Below are positions 14,490 through 27,005 of a stretch of 64,000 nt of DNA, one piece after another; position 1 is the first letter of the stretch, and every line of letters begins with the position of its first letter. Made by a program: the position numbers and the translations under genes. This DNA comes from Paraspadella gotoi. Lineage: Eukaryota > Animalia > Chaetognatha. The notes below the pieces were generated by a model. That model ran no database searches and was not told the origin of the DNA. It saw only the letters and a list, made by a program, of their open reading frames with translations. The stretch covers positions 18,657,546 through 18,721,545 of the forward strand of contig CM119270.1 of NCBI GenBank assembly GCA_051294375.1, in the 5' to 3' direction.

Positions 14490-17400
14490 TGTACCCAGTT
14501 TAAGAAAAAAAAATCAGAATCACGACAAAAACAACAACAATAACAAAAACAACAAAAACAACAACATAAATCATTTTCTTTGTCTCACGATTCGAATTAT
14601 TTTTTTTNNNNNNNNNNNNNNNNNNNNNNNNNNNNNNNNNNNNNNNNNNNNNNNNNNNNNNNNNNNNNNNNNNNNNNNNNNNNNNNNNNNNNNNNNNNNN
14701 NNNNNNNNNNNNNNNNNNNNNNNNNNNNNNNNNNNNNNNNNNNNNNNNNNNNNNNNNNNNNNNNNNNNNNNNNNNNNNNNNNNNNNNNNNNNNNNNNNNN
14801 NNNNNNNNNNNNNNNNNNNNNNNNNNNNNNNNNNNNNNATCTTCCAACTTTGTGAAAAGAGAAAGTGAATTTCTTTGTCTCGACTTTTTCTTCACCGTGA
14901 ACCGAACTTATCTCTTTTCATCTCACACCGCTCACCATCAACATCCCTCACCAAAAAAAAACCTTTGCAATCAACGACAACCTCCTCAGAGATNNNNNNN
15001 NNNNNNNNNNNNNNNNNNNNNNNNNNNNNNNNNNNNNNNNNNNNNNNNNNNNNNNNNNNNNNNNNNNNNNNNNNNNNNNNNNNNNNNNNNNNNNNNNNNN
15101 NNNNNNNNNNNNNNNNNNNNTTTGCATACTGCAGCATTTCGAAGATTTTTAGAATTTAACTATTAGAAATAAATTTGCCATTTGAATCGTTTTCTTCCGC
15201 TATTTCACATTTTAGAAAATCACAGTAACAGAGATTAGACTTCGGTGTAAAAAGTAACTCCAAATGTTTAACAATCTTTTTAAAATGCCAGTAGTTGGTT
15301 TTCTAAGTTTCCGTCAATCCTTTAGAGGCAATGAGAATCGTTATTTATTATAAATGATATCCTTTTTTAAATTTTACATATTTGAAATGCTTTTGAATAT
15401 TTAATAATTATTTATTATTTTATACTTGACGTTGTTCGGTTATTTACTGTTTCTGGTTTTTATGATTTTGATATCTGATCTTTGAATGTTATTGAATGTT
15501 ATATTTTATAGTTTCTTATGAATAATTTAATGAATTAATAACATTTTAATTTCAATAATGATTCAATTTTATTTATGATTCCATTTTAAACGTTAGTGTT
15601 TTTTGATTTTGTTAAATTTTAATAGTTTAGTTTTTACATGTTTATCGTTTTCCAATCTGTCACTGTTTTTCATTATGTTAATACTGTNNNNNNNNNNNNN
15701 NNNNNNNNNNNNNNNNNNNNNNNNNNNNNNNNNNNNNNNNNNNNNNNNNNNNNNNNNNNNNNNNNNNNNNNNNNNNNNNNNNNNNNNNNNNNNNNNNNNN
15801 NNNNNNNNNNNNNNNNNNNNNNNNNNNNNNNNNNNNNNNNNNNNNNNNNNNNNNNNNNNNNNNNNNNNNNNTTTACTTACGTTAGTGTCTTTTCTTTTTG
15901 TTGTACTTTTTATTCTCAGTTCTCAGTTATTATTTATTAAGCGTTTTACAATCCGTTTGTTAATCTGCTTTCTGTTTTTGGGTTTGTTAATNNNNNNNNN
16001 NNNNNNNNNNNNNNNNNNNNNNNNNNNNNNNNNNNNNNNNNNNNNNNNNNNNNNNNNNNNNNNNNNNNNNNNNNNNNNNNNNNNNNNNNNNNNNNNNNNN
16101 NNNNNNNNNNNNNNNNNNNNNNNNNNNNNNNNNNNNNNNNNNNNNNNNNNNNNNNNNNNNNNNNNNNNNNNNNNNNNNNNNNNNNNNNNNNNNNNNNNNN
16201 NNNNNNNNNNNNNNNNNNNNNNNNNNNNNNNNNNNNNNNNNNNNNNNNNNNNNNNNNNNNNNNNNNNNNNNNNNNNNNNNNNNNNNNNNNNNTGCAGTGA
16301 ATAATTATTATTTTACACATTAAAACGTATTTTAAAAATAAATCGTACTTTATTTACACTTTATATAGGAGTCTACATCGTTCTTAGAAATCGAGAGAGA
16401 TTTTTTCAATGGAGATTTTTGTTCAAATCTGACTACCAAACAATGTAAACGCCCCTGGGAAAAATTTCGGTAAAAAATGGATGTAAAAATACCCAATTCC
16501 GATCCTGTTGCGTCTGAAGNNNNNNNNNNNNNNNNNNNNNNNNNNNNNNNNNNNNNNNNNNNNNNNNNNNNNNNNNNNNNNNNNNNNNNNNNNNNNNNNN
16601 NNNNNNNNNNNNNNNNNNNNNNNNNNNNNNNNNNNNNNNNNNNNNNNNNNNNNNNNNNNNNNNNNNNNNNNNNNNNNNNNNNNNNNNNNNNNNNNNNNNN
16701 NNNNNNNNNNNNNNNNNNNNNNNNNNNNNNNTATAAAATAAAAAGATTTCTCAACTTCAATACAATATTAATGTATTTAAGGTATGTTATGATTTTACAA
16801 TAAACTTTGAATTCAGAAATCCGATAGCCACATGTCTGAAGGGCTCGCAAAATTTCTCTTCATATTTTATTCCATCATTTTGATAATAAACGATTAGGCT
16901 AAATTGACGAAATTTTTATTTACTCTAAAAGTAAAAGAGAACTAGCAATCGGAAATCTCATAGTTTTCAACCGGAAGTTCAATTCGGTAAAAATATTTAA
17001 TGACGAGATTATTCCTTTGGAGGGGCGGATTTTCCGAATTTTTTTGTTAATATTTTCTATATTCATGGTCCGATTTACATGAAACTTGATATTAACAATA
17101 TTGCCGTCATTCTACGTCGGCCGGTAAAATAATATATAAAAAAAACCTTTTATTTTTCAAGGCAAAATTTAGTTCTACCTTATTAAAAAATTCATGTTGA
17201 TTTAATTTTCCAATTTTTTTTCGCATAAAGAATTGAAAATCAAAGCTTCGAAATCTATAAGACGCAAATCCCGATAAGATCTAATCCTCAGCCGAATCAA
17301 ATCTAGTGTTTCTTTCAGTTCCACGGTCTACGTGTTTAATTTTTGTCTTTCGGGGGTTGGTGTCGCGAGTGGCGGATCTTTGATGGGTTGGGGCGAGATG

Positions 17401-20400
17401 TGCATTTGTCGGGATTAGTTAGATGGCTGGGATTAGTACTTTGATGGGGCTGGGGTTTAGATTTGATTCGGCTGAGGATTAGATCTTATCGGGATTTGCG
17501 TTCTTATAGATTTCGAAGCTTGTAGATTTTCAATTCTTTATGCGAAAAAAAATGGGAAATTAAATCAACATGAATTTTTAATAATAAGGTAGAACTAAAT
17601 TTTGCCTTGAAAAATAAAAAGGTTTTTTTATATATTATTTTACCGGCCGACGTAGAATCCGGCGACGTAGAATGACGGCAATATTGTTAATATCAAGTTT
17701 CATGTAAATCGGACCATGAATATAGAAAAATATTAACAAAAAATCGGAAATCCGCCCCTCCAAAGGAATAATCTCGTCATTAAATATTTTTACCGAATTG
17801 AACTTCCGGTTTGAAAACTATGAGATTTCCCGATTGCTTAGTTCTCTTTTACTTTTAGAGTAAATAAAAATTTCGTCGATCACAGATTTAGCCTGAATCG
17901 TTTATTTATTAAAATGATGGAAATAGAAATATGAAGCAACAAATTTGCGGAGCCCTTCAGATATTTGGCCTATCTGGATTTCTGATATTGGAAAAGTTTA
18001 TTGTAAATCATAACATACCGTTAAATACATTAAGTATTGTAATTGAAGTTGAGAAATCTTTTTATTTTTATATATAAAAATTCGTCGTCAAAAATGTTGT
18101 TTCGACCGACGACCAGTCCATTTAAGACATTGGTTTGCTGTCAACAATGATGGTGTTAATCATGAAGAAAAAAAAAATGCAAGCCCTGTCAGGAGCGCAA
18201 CAGAGATCGGAATGGGTATTTTTTACATCTATTTTTTTCCGAAATTTTTCCCAGGTCTTTTACATTGTTTGCGATAGTCAGATATTTGAACAAAAATCTC
18301 CATTTGAAAATCTCTCTCGATTTTTCTAAGAACGATGTAGCGACTCTATATAAAGTCGTTAAATAAAGTACGATTTATTTTTAAATACGTCTTTTTAATG
18401 TGTGTAAAACTAATAATTATTTCACTGCATTGTAAAGTTTAATTACTTTTTCTTATTAAGTGAACAAACCCAAAGATACATAATAACTAAATAGAAAAAA
18501 ATACACAAGAAACCTACGTATAAATGTACTTAATTATATAATGTTCTTGATAAAAACGTTATATTGTGGAAAACAATGAATGTTTTTTATTTAATATCCG
18601 AAAAAACAATTAACAATAATAAAAACAGTGACAGATTCAGACGCGATTGTAAAACGCTAAAAATAAATAACTGAAACGAAATTAAAATATTCACAAAGAA
18701 TCAAAGAAACACTAACGTAAATGGAAAATGCTATTGAATAAATGTTTGATCATTAATTAGAAAATATGGAAGAGGAGTTGTGATGTTATTTTAATTATAT
18801 AAAACCATAAAACATCAGTATAACATTAAGTTGAGTCAAAAAAACAGACATATTGCCAAATACGTAATAAACATGGTTAAAACGGTCAAATTATAAATTT
18901 AATGCAAAATTTCATATAAACACTAAGTTTAATATAGCATATTCAAATACGTAATTGCATATGAAATTAATATATTTTTAATTATTTTAATTATTTAAGA
19001 CTGATAATAAGATAAACCACAATAACTATCAATCAGACTATCTAAATAAACAACCAGATAACTAGAAATAACCCTGCTGAGTTAAACCTCAATAAGCCTA
19101 ATATTTGCAAATACTCCAACGAGATACATTGTTTCAATATAAATTATATAAATGGGATTAATACCATTTAACAATACATAACGATTCTCATTTGCTCTAA
19201 AGGATAATGTACGGTAAACTTAGAAAACCAATCTTAGCATTTTAAAAAGATTGGTTAAAACATTTGGAGTTATTTTTTTAACCGAAGTCTAAACTCTGTT
19301 ACTAGGCATTTCTAAAATGTGAAATAGCGGAAGAAAAACGATTTAATATGGTAAATTTTATTTCTATACGTTAAATTCTAAAAATCGTTCGAACATGCTT
19401 TGCCAGCTATGCAATATGGAGATTAAAACATTTCAGCCTCTCTTATTTTTAATTGCATCTGAAGCCCTCATCTCTGAGGAGGTTGGTTGATTGCAAAGGT
19501 TTTTTTTTTTTGGTGAGGGCATGTTGATGGTGAGCGGTGTGAGATGAAAAGAGATAAGTTCGGCTTCCACGGTTGAAGAAAAAGTTCGAGACAAAGAAAT
19601 TCACTTTCTACTTTTCCACAAAAGTGGGAAGATGAAGGAGGAGGAGAAGAGTCTATGTTGGGCGGGCGGTAGATTAGAAGATGAAGGAGCGAGGAAGAGT
19701 CTTGGTTGGGCAGTGGGGGAGGAGGAGGAGGAGGAAGAGCCTTATTGTTGGGTTGGGGGGGAGGAGGAATATGAGAATGTGCGGGAGGGGGAAAGGAATA
19801 TCCGCCGCCAAAAAAAATCAATCTCGAATCGTGAGACAAGAAAATGATTTATGTTGTTACGTTTTTGTTGTTCTTTTGTTATGTGTTGTTTGTTTTTGTC
19901 GGTGATTCTGATTTTTTTTCTTAAACTGGGTCAATCTGTATGAAAATAATAGAGGAATCAGCTGAATAATACTCGATACTAACGTCCGAAAGTCTCTCTC
20001 TCTCTCCCCCCTCTATCTCTCTCTCCCTCTCTTTCTTCTTCTCTCCTCCTCTAGTCGTTCCCTCGAGCACCAATAAAAAGAGAAATTGAGTTTACACGCC
20101 AAATTAGTTTTTAAATAACTAATTAATTAATCAATGTTGGACGTTTAATCAGCGGGGAGACGTTTCTCGATCTTTCGAATTCTTCGCCCTGTTCGGGCGT
20201 CGCGAGTTATTCAATTAGATGAATCAACGAATTTAATCCAAAGATCGAAAAAAGAGTTTTTTTTTAAAGGGGTGATGATGTGCTGTTGTGTTTGTTTGTT
20301 GTTTATTGGCTGTATTTGTTATTAGTGGGTTTTTGTTATTGTTTGTAGTGCACTTTGATTTACAACATTTTTGTTCTTGTTGTAGTACGTTCGAAATTAA

Positions 20401-20671
20401 TGCTGTTGTTGTTTATTATTGGTTGTTGTTGCTGTTAGTTGTTGCTGTACTTCTTCCATCACTCTTCTCTTACTACCTGTTGGCAAAAATCCAACGCTTA
20501 CATTACATTTCCGGCACTATCTTTTCCTAGAGTGCGCCCCAGTTCTTTAATTCATTACAAATATTTAACCTTAATTTACAATATTTTAACCAAGTAACTA
20601 TCCTTAATCCCTATCCCAATACGTAACTCCTAACCAAGTTCCTAACCTTAATCTTAATCCTCTTTATTCAT
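13866..20671. repeat. Large inverted duplication: arms ~13866-17305 and 17458-20671, 152-bp spacer
   Basis: 17241-17305 is the reverse complement of 17458-17522. 13866-13940 matches the reverse complement of 20600-20671. Intermediate blocks also match (14280-14460 with 20050-20240; 16300-16510 with 18195-18430). The right arm ends at an N gap. Confidence 0.93.
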
Positions 20672-22619
20672 NNNNNNNNNNNNNNNNNNNNNNNNNGAGA
20701 CTGCGAGTTATAATTCACCGAGAAACGAAATGCACTTACTAGACAATTCTAACGACAATGATAGCGATTGCCTCTATAGATAATTTTCTTTTTCAATCAC
20801 TCAACCCGAGACGACACGACCGAGCGCATACGACACAGACCGACAGAACGACGAGCGAGACGTATGCAGCCTAAGTATGCGCAATGCAGATCCACGACGA
20901 CCGACGACGACGACGAGCGTACGCACGCACGTACTCGCCGTCTCGTCAATTAATGAAAATCCTTCTCTCATCAATTTCCTCTAACGTGTACACCCTTTTA
21001 GAGTTCGCTATTCACGGATAACATCCTTCAGTAAATAATATTTATTTATTAAATTCTCCATCCATTCATCAACCTTCTCACTATATTTTCATTTTTAAAT
21101 CAAAAATCTTATTTTATGAGAGAGAGCCATCATACTTTCCAATAGACAGAGGCTTCACGTTTACTGTAATTTAAGAGCGCCGTGTAGCTTGGTCTTGCAA
21201 TCTTTTTTTCAATTAAACAACCGACACAAAACTTTAAAAAAGAAAAATAAAAAAATCATTTGTCGAAATTTTCTCATCATTTTCCTCTTTTTTTAAAAAA
21301 TTCTTCTTCGGCAAACACCGAATGAATTCGAAAATGTCTATGGAGATTTTTCGCCATTATACGTACATCATTCTTGCCAATTCTTTTTTGTCTTCTATTT
21401 CCGAAGCAGAGATTTACGACTCGAGATCCTTTTCTCTCTACTATATCAACTCCTCGAACTTTCCTTTCTATATTTTTACGAGAGGGATCGTCTGCCTCCG
21501 TTTTCTCCTCTATCGCGTCTCTTCTATAAACACTACGTCACTCAGTCCCACGAGTCTACTATACTCCTCGCCCACTCTTTCCAACCTGGATTTCTGCTCA
21601 CGCGAAAACCCACCTCGTCTTTTGTCATTACGAGACATTTCAGTCCCGGCTTTTCATCTCGTCAGTGTGTTTCTTTCGTTCCAGGTCTACGTGTCGTTTA
21701 TTTTTGTCTTTCGGGGTTGGGCGCGAGTGGCGGATCCATTGATGGGTGTTGGGGCGAGATGTGCTTGATGGGGCTGGGGATTAGACTTATGTATGGGGCT
21801 GGGAGTTTAGATTTGAATGGGAGTCTGGGGATTAACGCCGCAGCGACAGCCACAGCAGCGGCTGGAGAAGCGGATGAAACAGCAGCAGGCTGCAGAGTGA
21901 GAAAGAAAGGGAGGGAGTGAGAATGAGAGAGAGTGAAACCAATACTCACCTTCTAAAGTGAGGCTGTGATGATGAGAAGGGAAATTTATTTTCGTGGTTT
22001 CGAATCGATTATTCCGAAAGAAGACGGTGACGATGATAGCGACTGTGATATACGATGATAGCGACGCCGATGACGATGATGCGTCAAGGTAATTGTGATA
22101 AGTATGACGCACGTCATATAGAGGTCGATGTTGTGAGAGCTTTTGTCGTCGGTCCGATGTTGATTGTCCGAACGACAGAGATTTTGACAAAATGTCACGA
22201 GGACAAAGATCCATTTTGACTTTGACGACTTCGTTTTGACTTTGACAAATACGATGACAATAATGACAACGATGATGACTTTGATGTCGATGACAGTTTT
22301 GCTTCTTTCTTTGATGATCGAAAAAAAAGAAAGAAAAATCAACCAAATTGTTTATTTAATTTTGTAGCGAAAAAGAAAATGAAAGAAATCAATAAATTCG
22401 GAAAAAAGAATTCTCGCTTTTTGTGTTTGTTTTAAATTCTTTTTTTTATTTGAGTTTTTATTTATTTTTTCTTTTAAAACTAAATCTGAAAAAAAAAAAT
22501 CGAAAATTTCACGGAAGAAATTTTTTTGAATTCGGTTTCGACCGCTGGTTGAGAGAGAGAGAGAGAGAANNNNNNNNNNNNNNNNNNNNNNNNNAGATGA
22601 GAGAGGGAGGAGAGAGAGA

Positions 22620-22651
<32 letters not shown>

Positions 22652-22917
22652 TATGTAAAAAAGAAGATCGTCCAAAGTCTATCTCTCTCTCCCGTCTGCT
22701 CTTCTCTCTTCTCTATCTACTTCTCTCTTCTTCCACTCTTCTCCTCTTCTCTCTTCTCGTTCCTCGTCTGGATTCTGAAATTCGGGCGGAAATTCTGAAA
22801 AAAAGGGAGATCGAAACTCAAAGTTACGTGACGAACAAACGCGACGACGATGAAGACGACGACGACGAAAAAGAAGAAAATAAAGAGCGCAGACTTAGAG
22901 AGAGAAAAAGGAGGGAA

Positions 22918-23003
<86 letters not shown>

Positions 23004-23329
23004 CACGCGATTTTCCTGGAGATAGATCGATCGATGTCTCTGTTAGCCAATCAAAGGACGGAAGAATCGAACAATCGACCAATCGAAACAAAGAAAACTT
23101 TGATCGCTATAATCATTCAAGGGTTTTTGTCGATTAGAACCTGGATTGGGATCGAGNNNNNNNNNNNNNNNNNNNNNNNNNNNNNNNNNNNNNNNNNNNN
23201 NNNNNNNNNNNNNNNNNNNNNNNNNNNNNNNNNNNNNNNNNNNNNNNNNNNNNNNNNNNNNNNNNNNNNNNNNNNNNNNNNNNNNNNNNNNNNNNNNNNN
23301 NNNNNNNNNNNNNNNNNNNNNNNNNNNNN

Positions 23330-23364
<35 letters not shown>

Positions 23365-24249
23365 AACAATCAAGTGTCCGAGACTTGACGACCACGTGAC
23401 TAAGTGAGCTACCAAGCGGAGATAGAAAAGAAAGAGTAAAAAAGTTGATCTAAAAAAAGGGAATTTTAGGAAGGTGAATAGAGAGGGAGAAACGAGCATG
23501 TATGAAGAGAGTAAATCTGGAAGTATTACATATTACATAGTGCTATTGGGTGGTTTGATCATGGTATAATTCATGATTTAAAATTGATAGAAGAAAGGAA
23601 CAATGAGGATGAGACAAAAATGTAACGAGAAAAAAAGAAAAAAGAAGAGAAAAAGAAATCTAAATAAAGAAAAGACATTGGGAGAGATATATAAGAAACT
23701 GTGAAGTTTAGTGTCTTTTTTTTTTTAGTCGAGATAAGTGAAAAGTACCGGAGGACCTGTCAGCGCCTCTCAACGGCAGTTTAAAACTTAGGATTGCTCT
23801 AATGTTTAGAATTTCGGGAAAGAAAACAAAAGAACCAATCATTTTTTTAATTGATCCCTAATGATATATATAGCATTGAACCGTTTAAACATTTTTGTTT
23901 TTTTAACAAAAGCATTTGATGAATTCAGAACTAAACTATGTTGCCAATAGAAGCTAACGCAATGAATAAAAAAAACCGTGGCTAAAGACCCAGCGAAAAT
24001 ATTTTGTCATATTTTTTTTGGTAATAACACAATAAAACTATTATAATCAATAGTGTATGTATTTAACACTCTGTCAAGATAAGCACAACTCAACCACATT
24101 AATGCGGCGAAGATAATTAAGCATTAATCTAATTGAAGTTCAATTATAAAGTCATCTAATTCCCATAACGACCAATCAAGTTTTTTATTGTTTATCGTAA
24201 ACAAATCATCTTTTCGAGAAAAAAAAATTAAGTTCCAGGAAAATCGCGT

Positions 24250-24327
<78 letters not shown>

Positions 24328-25806
24328 TTAAATAGTCCCCCTTTTCCGCTTGTCTTTTTTTTCCCAGTTTCCCGCCAGAGTCACGACAGCGCCGCCGACG
24401 AAAACGACGACGACGGCGACGTTAATATCTACGAAGACCACGGAGACGACGATAGCGACGAAAAAACACTAGCGTAGAATAACCTCGAAAAAAGAATAGC
24501 TTACCGCGGTAATGAATTAGTAGCCGATTTTTTGTTTCCGATTTTATAAAACAATTGATATTTCCTTTTTTTCGGCGAGAGACAGAGAGAGTTTTTTTGT
24601 ATGGGACGATTAAGCGTTTTAAGGAAGACTAGAGAGAGACTAGATACTCTCGAAATTTAGAAAAAAAAACAGCGTCTTAAGTATTTATTACAGTATAAAA
24701 CTAACAACTCCCTTGAAAACAAAAATTGTTAAGCGATTTTTAAAAATTTAAAAAAGAAAAAACGAGAGCAAATCAATAAAATACAAAAAAAAAAATTTAT
24801 AGCACCGTAAAAAAAAACAACAAACAAAAACAAGAAAAAAAATGCAGAAATAAAGTCCAAGAAAAAAAATATAATAAACTTTTTTTTCCCCTATAAAAAC
24901 ATAGTACTTTACAATAAACGAACTTATGCGCTCGTTGACCAAAAAAAAGAAAACAAACAGAAACATGGGTTTGCGTCGCCGTCTTTGAGCGGAGAATAGA
25001 AAAAACTCGGGAGAAAGATGAGAAGAAGGAGAATCCGACGCTGACGCAGCAACCATGCCCGGCAAAAGGCAGCTCGCAGCAGCCGCAGCAACGGAGGGCC
25101 GAGATCGCAGCAGCGCGAGACGCGGTTGCGGGACAGCGGAAAGTGATGGAGAGAAGCAGGACGACGCGACGAGGCGACGACGACGGCCGACGACAAGCTC
25201 GAGAAGGAAGGATGGCGACCGAGATGGAGACGGCGTTGAGGACAGCGGAGTCGGATCGCGGAATCGGCTCGCGGTGCGAAATTGGGTGAGGGGGGTGGAG
25301 GGAGGGGAAATTAATCAAGGGCCTTCAATGAGATGGATCTATAACTAATAAATAAAATAAATAAATAAATAAATAAAGTAGAAAAAGGAAATAAAATAAT
25401 AAATAAATAAGATAAGATAACATCAATTGAAGATAATAAAAAGAAAATAGAATAAATAAATAAATAAAATAAATAGAATAATAAATAAATAAAGTAAATG
25501 TAATGGAAGTGAATAAATAAATAAATAATATATAGAGTAAATAAATAAAAAAAAATAATTGAATAGAATACAATAAATATTAATAAATAAAATAGAAGGA
25601 AATAAGATAGATAAAGTAAATAGAATAAAAAATAAATAATAAGTAAATAGTAGGTAAATGTAGATAAAATTAATAGAAGAATAGAAGTAAGAGTAATAAG
25701 TAAATAAAGTAATAGATAGATAAATATAAGGTAAATAAATAAGAGTAAATAAATAATAATTAAGTTACATAAATTAAATAATAAATAATGGATAAATAAA
25801 TAACGG

Positions 25807-25841
<35 letters not shown>

Positions 25842-26060
25842 ATATATAATTTATTGAATCATGCGATTCATCAATTGATAAATTAATCAATCAATCATCT
25901 CATTGAGCAATGAATCAAGCAATTATTTAATCAAGCAATCAACAAATAAATTTATCCATCGATCGTTGAAATCAATTAATCTACTGGCCAATAAATCAAT
26001 CAATCAATGAATGATAAACCTGTTAACCAGTTGAATCTTTCGTTGTTTTAAATAATTCAG

Positions 26061-26117
26061 CTTCGAACAAAATCGGCGTGGCGCCATCGCGAACTCTTCA
26101 TTCCATCGTTCAATTCT

Positions 26118-26152
<35 letters not shown>

Positions 26153-26966
26153 ATTGATTTTCGCGGCGACGACGACGACGACGACGACGACGCCCACAAC
26201 GCCGACGATTGGCCGCGGTCCGGATCCTCGGGCGACTCGAGAGACTCCGGGATCGGCGCCGGCGATGGCGCCGTCGACGAAGGCATCGTGGAAGACCGTG
26301 CCGCGGAGGAAGGCGCCGGCGGAGATCCCGGCGCGGCGGTGGTGGACGAATCCTCGGCGTCGTCGTTGAGGAAGAAAGTGGCCAAGGAATTCAGGGAACC
26401 CGACGCGGGGACGTTGGAGGTGTGGCTTGGAGGGAGGTTGTGGTGGGGGAGGTTGTGGAATGAAGTTGTGGTGAGAGAGAGAGAGAGAGATCCTTATAAT
26501 AAAGAAATGGGCGAAAAGGGATTAAATTATGTCACGCCGTTGAAAAATGGAAAGGGAATGAAATTCAAAAGTCGTAATCAGATGTTCAGTTAGACATTTT
26601 GTTTCTGTGATTTGTTCTCGTTTCGTTTAGTCGCTGATTGGATCAGAATAAACAAATATCAAAGGAGAAGGAGAAGCGACACAATGAGTGGAATCGAGAT
26701 GAATGACGATCAATTGAAGCCCATGTTGTTGTTGTTGTTGTTTTTGTTGTCAAAATCTCACGATGAGTGAAAAATCAATGATTCTTATTCGATTTGAGCC
26801 AAATTCTCTTCGTAACGTAAATCCCTCTTCTTCAAGATGGTTTCGTTTTTTTTGATGCGACAATCAAGAGGGATTTGTGGACAAAGATTTTTTAATCGGG
26901 ACCGGGAAGAAAAAATAATTTTGAAAAGAATAAGAAAGCGATTGTGTGACTCAAGGGATGGAGAGT

Positions 26967-27005
<39 letters not shown>

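Noticed and set aside
20697-21660. 148-aa ORF at 21322-21768 and unusual GAC-rich sequence
   Set aside because: Looks like garbled low-quality read sequence of simple repeats; no recognisable motif.
22161-22210. miR-219-like sequence TGATTGTCCGAACG
   Set aside because: The 3' half diverges from miR-219 and the candidate hairpin has a large internal loop; not a credible precursor by eye.
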